Shown here: piece after piece, positions 17,202-23,196 of the stretch
Position numbering within the stretch: position 1 is the stretch's first letter
How the letters are laid out: the number at the start of each line of letters is the position of its first letter
Assembly (NCBI GenBank): GCA_964584035.1
Contig: CAZOYL010000012.1
Span: 1-23,196, forward strand
Source: an uncultured Gemmatimonadota bacterium
Lineage (GTDB): Bacteria; SM23-81
Direction of reading: 5' to 3'
DNA length: 23,196 bases
Made by a program: the position numbers and the translations under genes
The notes under the pieces: model-generated
Told to the model about the DNA's origin: nothing
Seen by the model: the letters and a program-made list of their open reading frames with translations, nothing else
Database searches by the model: none

Positions 17202-18116
17202 GTGCGAGACCACCGGGTGTATTTTAGGATCATCCTGCTGATTACCGTTCTTCTTGGGGCCGGGTGCGGTGAACGCCGTCAAACCGTCGTTGAACCCACT
17301 CCGCCCAGCTATGTTGCGCCCCGGGGCCAGGAGAGCAGCTTTGAGCTGGCCACCTGGAATCTGGAATATTTTCCGCAAACCTCGAACACGGTTGAAGAGG
17401 TGGCCAGGATCGTCGAAGCCCTGGATGTCGATCTGTATGCCATTCAGGAGATCAACGATACCACCGCTTTCCGGAATCTCCTCAGTCGTCTGCCGGAGTA
17501 TGAGGGGCGGTTCTCCGACGATGTATACTCCTGGGGATACTTGAAGACCGGCCTGCTCTATAAGCGCTCGCTGATATCGGTCAGCCAGGTTCGGCAAATT
17601 TTCGAGGATGACTGGTACGCCTTTACGCGGCCGCCTCTGCTCGCCCACGTTACTGCCCAGCTGGCCGGAACGCGGTTTGATTTCAACCTGATCGTGCTTC
17701 ATTTAAAGGCCGGCTCGAACTCCGATGATCAAGACCGCCGTCTTGAGGCCGTTCAGGCGTTGAAGGCCTATCTGGACGATCATATCGCCGCCGGCGAAGA
17801 GAAGGATTATATCGTCGCCGGAGATTGGAACGACGAACTGGATGATCCTTCAGCGGACAACGTGTTTATGGCTTTCCTGGAAGATCTCGAAAACTACCGG
17901 TTTTTAACCGCATCGCTGGCCGGCAAGCAGCAGTTCGCTTCCTATCCCAGATACGGCTCGCTCATCGATCACATCCTCATTTCCCAGGATGCGTTTTCGG
18001 AATACGGTGCCGGATATACAGAAACCTTACGTCTGGACGAGGAAGTCGACGGATACGATATCACGATTTCCGACCACCGGCCGGTGATGGCGGTGTTTCC
18101 GGTTTTTGGGGAATAA
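17202..18116 (+). CDS. Endonuclease/exonuclease/phosphatase (DNase I-like) family lipoprotein
   Basis: Lipobox LLGAGC; ATWNLE, AIQEI, LHLKA, AGDWND, IDHILI and SDHRPV EEP motifs. GTG at 17202 lies 5 nt after GGGAG; 17196 is an alternative start. Confidence 0.9.
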   Translation: MRDHRVYFRIILLITVLLGAGCGERRQTVVEPTPPSYVAPRGQESSFELATWNLEYFPQTSNTVEEVARIVEALDVDLYAIQEINDTTAFRNLLSRLPEYEGRFSDDVYSWGYLKTGLLYKRSLISVSQVRQIFEDDWYAFTRPPLLAHVTAQLAGTRFDFNLIVLHLKAGSNSDDQDRRLEAVQALKAYLDDHIAAGEEKDYIVAGDWNDELDDPSADNVFMAFLEDLENYRFLTASLAGKQQFASYPRYGSLIDHILISQDAFSEYGAGYTETLRLDEEVDGYDITISDHRPVMAVFPVFGE

Positions 18117-18169
18117 ACGGGGACCGGAAACGGCAAAAGGAATCACCGTTTCCATTCAGGAATGAGACG

Positions 18170-18202
18170 AAAAAAGGGCGAGGAAACCTCGCCCTTTTTT
18201 TT
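18170..18202. terminator. Bidirectional intrinsic terminator
   Basis: aaaaaa-gggcgagg-aaa-cctcgccc-tttttttt between convergent genes. Confidence 0.9.
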
Positions 18203-18221
18203 CGCCCTGACTGCGGGACAC

Positions 18222-19379
18222 TTATTTCGTGCTGGTGTTTCTCAGAACGGTGATGGTATTTCCCTTCGAGTTGGTCACCACCAGGTCGGGGAGACCGTCG
18301 CCGTCGAGATCTCCGCTGGCCACGCAAGAGGACATTTCCCCGGTCTGGTATCGGCCGGCGGTTTTGAACTTGCCCTTGCCCTGGTTCAGCAGCACCTCAC
18401 ACTGGTTGGCATGCCAGCAGGCCACGGCCAGATCCAGGCGGTCGTCCTGGTTCAGATCGACGGCGCACAGATGTCTCGGACCTCTCAGGGTCTGATAATA
18501 TTCATCCACCGTGAAATGACCTTTTCCATCGCCCAGAAGAACCGAGATGTTCAGGCCGGAGTAGTTCGTGTTGGCCAGATCCAGATGCCCATCCTCGTTC
18601 AGATCGGCGGCAATGACCGTCCAGGCGTGAGCGTCGACCGGATAGCTTCCCTCCATGGTAAAGTTGCCGGCCCCGTCATTGACCATCACGATGAGCTTGG
18701 GCCGGGTTCCCCGGCTGGACAGGGCCGCGGCCAGGTCCAGGTCGCCGTCGGAGTCCAGGTCTCCGGGGAAAAATGAGCGGGGCGAGTCCTCCAGGGGAAT
18801 GTTTTGAGCCGCATTCAAGGTGCCGTCTCCGCGATTGAAAAAGATCGAAAGGCTGTTATCCCCGGTGTTTGCCACTGCCACATCCGTAAAACCGTCTCCG
18901 TTAAGATCGGCCGACTGGATGTAGCGGGTGGCCTGCTGGGCACGTTCTTCTCTGGCCGGCTCAAAGCCTCCCCGGCCGTCGTTCATCAGAACGGAAATAT
19001 CGGCGCCGCTGTAGTTGGCCGTGAAAAGATCGGGGAATCCGTCCCCGTTGAGATCGCCGGCCGCCACGCAGTACGGACGTTGACCGCATTCGTGGTAGGT
19101 CGGCTCGGAGAAGGTCCCGTCCCCGTTATTGAACATCACGGAGATGCTGCGCCGGCTCCATATGGAGGCCGCCAGATCGAGATGGCCGTCGCCGTCCAGA
19201 TCGGTGATGGCGACATACGTCGGTCCATCGGGAGCCTGGTATTCTGTCGTCGAAAAACTGAGCTGCAGCGGGACCCGTTTCTCGCCCAGGGAGCATGACA
19301 GGCAGCATAGCGCAGCGGTCAGCGTCACGACAATGACCCGGATGAAGGTTCGCAGGAGGGACTGTCTTCGTTTTGGCAT
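18222..19379 (-). CDS. FG-GAP/VCBS-repeat probable lipoprotein (seven-bladed propeller)
   Basis: Seven D-L-(N/D)-x-D-(G/D)-x-x-D repeats; basic N-terminus, hydrophobic stretch and CLSC lipobox; AGGAG RBS before ATG 19379. Confidence 0.85.
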   Translation of the reverse strand: MPKRRQSLLRTFIRVIVVTLTAALCCLSCSLGEKRVPLQLSFSTTEYQAPDGPTYVAITDLDGDGHLDLAASIWSRRSISVMFNNGDGTFSEPTYHECGQRPYCVAAGDLNGDGFPDLFTANYSGADISVLMNDGRGGFEPAREERAQQATRYIQSADLNGDGFTDVAVANTGDNSLSIFFNRGDGTLNAAQNIPLEDSPRSFFPGDLDSDGDLDLAAALSSRGTRPKLIVMVNDGAGNFTMEGSYPVDAHAWTVIAADLNEDGHLDLANTNYSGLNISVLLGDGKGHFTVDEYYQTLRGPRHLCAVDLNQDDRLDLAVACWHANQCEVLLNQGKGKFKTAGRYQTGEMSSCVASGDLDGDGLPDLVVTNSKGNTITVLRNTSTK

Positions 19380-19424
19380 GGCAGCTCCTGGTTCGTCCTG
19401 AAGACACATGCCCGGGAGAACTTC

Positions 19425-21440
19425 TCACTTCATGATGTGATCCAGGATGAACACGTAGTTACGGGTGTACTGTTCCACCACCTGGCTGGTGGTGACGCCG
19501 CCGTGTCCCCCCTCGACCTCCTCATAATAGAGAACGTCCTTGCCGAGCTCCTTCAGCAGATAGCCGAATCGCCGGGGCTCTCCGGCGAAGACCCGGGGAT
19601 CGTTGAATCCCGCCGTCACCAGCATGGGGCGGGCGATGTCCTGGGACTTGAAAATGGGCGACAGCTGATGGATCAGATCGCTTCCCACCGGTCCGTATTC
19701 CTTTTCCCAGCCGGATTGGAAGGTCACATCTCCATGGGTGAGTTCGTAGTTGACATCGGCCACGCCGACCTCTGAGACGACACAGGCGAAACGATCCGGC
19801 CAATTGGCGGCCAGATAGTTGACCGTATATCCACCGTAGGACCCTCCCCAGATGGCGATCTTATCCGGATTGGACCAGCCCTCGTCGATGAGATATTCCA
19901 CGGCGGCGATATCATCCTCCAGAGCCCGGAAACGGCCCTTTAAATTATCGGCGGCTTCCCAGGCCGGACCATAGCCGGTCGAACCACGGACGTTGGGGAA
20001 CATCATCACCAGTCCGCGGCTGAGCGCAAAGGCGATATTGCGCTGGAAGTATGGGCGGCTCTGGGCTGGCGGGCCGCCATGGTAGAGCACCGCGGCGGGA
20101 TTTTGACCGTTCCTCTGAGCTGTTTTGGGCACATAGAGAAAGGCCGGCACCATGGTGCCGTCTTTGGATGGGTAACGGACCAGCTGCACGTCGATGTTGG
20201 AGAAGTCGAAGCCGAAGGTGGAAACGGTGGCCCATTCGGTCAATTGCTTCGTGCCCGGTCGAAAGGAATACACGCTGGGGGCTGTGTTGGGGGAGGAGAA
20301 GGAGTAGGAGATATCGCCCCGGTCGTTGGCGGCATAACCGATGCTGGAAGGAGCATATCCGAAGATGACGCCGATGCCCTGATCCGGGGACTCCAGCCGG
20401 CGTCCCTGCAGATCGAAAGCCCGCAACTGTGAATAGCCATCCGTGTTCAATAGAGCCACAACGATATCCTGCTCCTGTACCAGCAGAAAACCTTCGTCGG
20501 TATCGACCTGGGGATCATAGATGAGCTTGAGCTTTTTTGGTTTTTGAGGATCGACCAGGGCGAACTTGAGGAACTCATCCTCTTTCGAAAGGGCCGAGGT
20601 CTGGGTCACCACGCGGCCGTCACTGGTGAAGAATCCGCCGTTATAGAGATGCTTACCGGTCAGATCGCCGGCCTGGCCGGTCTGCTCGTCGACCACGAAG
20701 AGCTGGCTTTCGGAAAAGCTCAGCCAGCGAGTGCACAGGATCGCGCCGTCGCGGTAATCGTCGGGGCCGAACCAGCCGGGTTCGGTGTAGATGGTATCGA
20801 TCTTGCCGGTCGAGATGGTGTATTTGATCAGCGCCTGGCTGGTGCGATCGTTCGAGATCAGAAAAAATTCATCCGCATTCTTGAAGACCGGTTGGCGGAA
20901 CTGGATCTGACCATCCACCAGAAGAGGTTCGAAGGTTCCGTCGCGATGAAACATATAGATATCGTAGTTCTCGTTGCCATAGAGGTGTGTGGCCACCAGC
21001 AGAAAATCCCCGGATGGATGAACCTGAAAATATCCGATCTGATAACCGGCATCGTCCCAGTTATTGGGCGTCAGTTGATGAGGGAAACCCATTGGCTCAT
21101 CGGTGTAGAACAGGGCGCCGGTCTGTCCGGTGATGCGCATGATGTAATACATTCGGCCGGTGTTATCCATCTGGGGATCTCCCACATAATCGATGCTCAA
21201 CAGAAAGCTGAGATCGTCGTAAGTGGAACCCCAGTGGGGCGAATCCTGAAGCCGATCCAGGGTGGTCCGGTTCGACTCCTCGATGAAGTTCATGATTCGG
21301 GTGGTGTCGGTGATGATCCAGGTGTCCGCCTCGGTCAGGATCGTCTCCACGTGATCCTGACCCTGGGCCGGGCAGACGGCCAGCATGATCGCCAGAAACA
21401 GTCCGGCAGCTCCGGTACAATAGAACATCTTGGATTGCAT
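19425..21440 (-). CDS. Secreted S9 (prolyl oligopeptidase family) serine peptidase
   Basis: Signal peptide; HGGP, PNVRGSTGYG, nucleophile GGSYGG, AGFNDPRV (Asp) and EGGHG (His); propeller-like N-terminal half. Confidence 0.92.
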   Translation of the reverse strand: MQSKMFYCTGAAGLFLAIMLAVCPAQGQDHVETILTEADTWIITDTTRIMNFIEESNRTTLDRLQDSPHWGSTYDDLSFLLSIDYVGDPQMDNTGRMYYIMRITGQTGALFYTDEPMGFPHQLTPNNWDDAGYQIGYFQVHPSGDFLLVATHLYGNENYDIYMFHRDGTFEPLLVDGQIQFRQPVFKNADEFFLISNDRTSQALIKYTISTGKIDTIYTEPGWFGPDDYRDGAILCTRWLSFSESQLFVVDEQTGQAGDLTGKHLYNGGFFTSDGRVVTQTSALSKEDEFLKFALVDPQKPKKLKLIYDPQVDTDEGFLLVQEQDIVVALLNTDGYSQLRAFDLQGRRLESPDQGIGVIFGYAPSSIGYAANDRGDISYSFSSPNTAPSVYSFRPGTKQLTEWATVSTFGFDFSNIDVQLVRYPSKDGTMVPAFLYVPKTAQRNGQNPAAVLYHGGPPAQSRPYFQRNIAFALSRGLVMMFPNVRGSTGYGPAWEAADNLKGRFRALEDDIAAVEYLIDEGWSNPDKIAIWGGSYGGYTVNYLAANWPDRFACVVSEVGVADVNYELTHGDVTFQSGWEKEYGPVGSDLIHQLSPIFKSQDIARPMLVTAGFNDPRVFAGEPRRFGYLLKELGKDVLYYEEVEGGHGGVTTSQVVEQYTRNYVFILDHIMK

Positions 21441-21478
21441 TCCCTTGCTCCTTCTAACGGTTGTCCGGATGCTGTCCC

Positions 21479-22150
21479 TTAGCCCTGGCCGGCCTGCTGG
21501 CGGGCCGATTCCTTCAGCTCCTCATCGGCCCAGATGGCCACTTCAACACGGCGGTTGGCCTGTTGACCCGCGGGCGTGTCGTTGTCAGCGACGGGTTGTG
21601 TCTCTCCATAGCCGACGGTCGTCATGCGTATCTTCCGGACGCCCAGACCGGCCAGAAAGCCATTGACCGAGTTCGCCCGGCGCTCCGACAGCCCCTGGTT
21701 GTATTCCTCGGCACCCGTGGCGTCGGTGTGCCCCTCGATGAGGATCTCCGTATCCTCGTACTTCTGTAGGATCTTGGCGAGATTGGTGAGGTTCTCTTTG
21801 GCCTCCGGACGCAGGGAGGCGGAGTCGAAATCGAACAGAATGCCGGAATCGAAGGTGATCTTGATGCCCTCGCCGACGCGTTCGATCCTGGCTCCCTCCA
21901 GATCCTGCTCCATTTCGGCCGCCTGTTTATCCATGTAATTCCCGATGATGCCGCCGGCCACTCCGCCGATGGCGGCTCCCAGTATGGCTCCCTCGGCCGT
22001 GTGGTCGGATTGTTTCCCGATGATGCCGCCCACCACGGCTCCGGCCGTCGTACCGATGGCGGCGCCTTTCTGGGACTTGCTCCAGGATGCGCAGCCCGCA
22101 AGACCGAGGAGCAGCGCGCCCAGGATACAGAGAGTGATCCCATATTTCAT
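21479..22150 (-). CDS. OmpA-family lipoprotein with glycine zipper
   Basis: Lipobox LAGC, Gly-rich zipper, OmpA_C motifs LFDFDS, IEGHTD, YNQGLSERRA, GYGE, NRRVEV; strong GGGGAGG RBS. Confidence 0.95.
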   Translation of the reverse strand: MKYGITLCILGALLLGLAGCASWSKSQKGAAIGTTAGAVVGGIIGKQSDHTAEGAILGAAIGGVAGGIIGNYMDKQAAEMEQDLEGARIERVGEGIKITFDSGILFDFDSASLRPEAKENLTNLAKILQKYEDTEILIEGHTDATGAEEYNQGLSERRANSVNGFLAGLGVRKIRMTTVGYGETQPVADNDTPAGQQANRRVEVAIWADEELKESARQQAGQG

Positions 22151-22275
22151 GGTTCCTCCCCTGTAAAAGGTTGAAAAAAAGGAGGTCTTGGCCCCCAGAT
22201 CTTTCGATAGGCCGTTCGTGCGTCCAATAAGCTGTATGATCTTCTCGTTTCACCGGCTGATCGACGCAGGATACT

Positions 22276-22304
22276 ATTTTAACATCGGGAGCTCGGTTTG
22301 TCAA
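22276..22304 (-). promoter_or_regulatory. Sigma-70 promoter (extended -10) for the ompA-S9-FG-GAP unit
   Basis: Minus strand TTGACA-17 nt (ending TGT)-TAAAAT. Confidence 0.8.
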
Positions 22305-22325
22305 TGCATTTATGGAACCCAATGT

Positions 22326-22352
22326 AAAAAGCCCCCTCGGAAGGGGGCTTTT
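22326..22352. terminator. Intrinsic terminator downstream of the small membrane protein gene
   Basis: aaaaa-gccccct-cgga-agggggc-tttt. Confidence 0.85.
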
Positions 22353-22423
22353 CGGCGGCATCTCGTTACCGTAAGAATGTGATCATGGTGCCATTCAACC
22401 GGCGGCGGTTTTTTTGATCACTT

Positions 22424-22672
22424 TTATGACTTCGTCTCAGGCTGATCCGGTGTTTTTTCGGCCGGCGACGGTTTGGGCTCCGGCGCGGGTTTCGGCGGTG
22501 GCGGTGGTGGCATAGGCGCCGCGTGATGGCGATGAGATTGGGCAAAGGCCATGATGACCAGCAGAATACCCAGGAGTATCAATACGATGCGTTGCCAGGG
22601 CCAGGAAGCCATAGGCAGGAATAGAACCAGTATGATGACCAGCAAGCCGAGGATCAGTTGCAGGAAACGCAT
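22424..22672 (-). CDS. Small (82 aa) hypothetical membrane protein with two hydrophobic helices and a Pro-rich tail
   Basis: ATG 22672 preceded by GGGGAGGTG; own promoter and terminator; MRFLQLILGLLVIILVLFLP...IVLILLGILLVIMAFA...PMPPPPPPKPAPEPKP. Confidence 0.75.
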   Translation of the reverse strand: MRFLQLILGLLVIILVLFLPMASWPWQRIVLILLGILLVIMAFAQSHRHHAAPMPPPPPPKPAPEPKPSPAEKTPDQPETKS

Positions 22673-22739
22673 TATCTTCACCTCCCCTTCTATTGAATAG
22701 AGGATCACAAACCGGCTGTCTGACACATAAAACTGTCCA

Positions 22740-22768
22740 ATGGTAATGTCCGGGGAGCTTTTTGTCAA
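22740..22768 (-). promoter_or_regulatory. Sigma-70 promoter for the small membrane protein gene
   Basis: Minus strand TTGACA-17 nt-TACCAT. Confidence 0.7.
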
Positions 22769-22825
22769 CAACTTTTTTCAGATTCGTTATGAGAATCCTG
22801 CGGAGGGGGGGCAAACTTTCTGCAG

Positions 22826-23196
22826 CTATTGTGGCAAAGCAGGCGGGCGTTTCCTATTGAGCATTTTTCGTATCTTCGTGGTAAAGGCCTGGGAGGTGAA
22901 AGGTTTTTGCAGAAATTCGGTATTTGCATCGAGTTTACCGAGACGGAACGCCGAATCGTCCGTATATCCTGAAATATAGAGCACTTTTATTTCCGGCCAT
23001 TGGCGGCTGAGGCGTTTAGCCAACTGGCGACCGTCCATACCGGGCATGATCAGATCGGTGACCAGCAGGTCGATGGATCCGCTATGTTTCTCGCTCAGCG
23101 ACAGGGCTTCTTTCCCATCCGCGGCGGACAGGACCGTATAACCGCAATCCTGGAGAATTTCCTCGGCCAGATCCCTGACCATGTCTTCATCCTCGG
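22826..23196 (-). CDS. 5'-truncated protein ending in a receiver domain, probably a hybrid histidine kinase
   Basis: The frame is open past the window edge (EDEDMVRDL...); DLLVTDLIMPGMDG (phospho-Asp), ISGY and FLQKPF are typical of CckA-like C-terminal receivers. Confidence 0.85.
   Translation of the reverse strand, partial: EDEDMVRDLAEEILQDCGYTVLSAADGKEALSLSEKHSGSIDLLVTDLIMPGMDGRQLAKRLSRQWPEIKVLYISGYTDDSAFRLGKLDANTEFLQKPFTSQAFTTKIRKMLNRKRPPALPQ

Noticed and set aside
22397..22415. Plus-strand hairpin with T-run (aaccg-gcgg-cggtt-ttttt) suggesting an antisense RNA or type I toxin-antitoxin pair with the small membrane protein
   Set aside because: No convincing plus-strand promoter, a short stem, and a protein longer and more complex than typical type I toxins.

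Overview
High-GC bacterial chromosomal window, mostly on the minus strand, probably from a diderm FCB-superphylum lineage outside Bacteroidota. This is inferred from a T9SS/Por-type C-terminal domain, an OmpA lipoprotein and a Bacteroidota-like short sigma-70, combined with canonical TTGACA-17-TATAAT promoters and Shine-Dalgarno sites. The core is a housekeeping run: tRNA-Leu(TAG)-tig-clpP-clpX-lon-engB, then a class V aminotransferase, serA and a short sigma-70 gene. It is flanked by secreted/envelope genes: a partial C25 peptidase-FG-GAP protein, an EamA transporter, a phosphodiester glycosidase with CTD, an EEP nuclease lipoprotein, an FG-GAP lipoprotein, an S9 peptidase, OmpA, a small membrane protein and a partial receiver domain. 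No mobile elements or CRISPR arrays were seen. Most interesting: (i) a self-contained ~185-nt non-coding transcription unit (perfect sigma-70 promoter, structured body with four AGGGA motifs, intrinsic terminator) upstream of the sigma gene, which also has its own sigmaE-type promoter; (ii) a ClpP with a Ser98-His123-Asn172 triad in the canonical clp operon; (iii) a structured, switch-like ompA leader; (iv) unusual modular secreted proteins.
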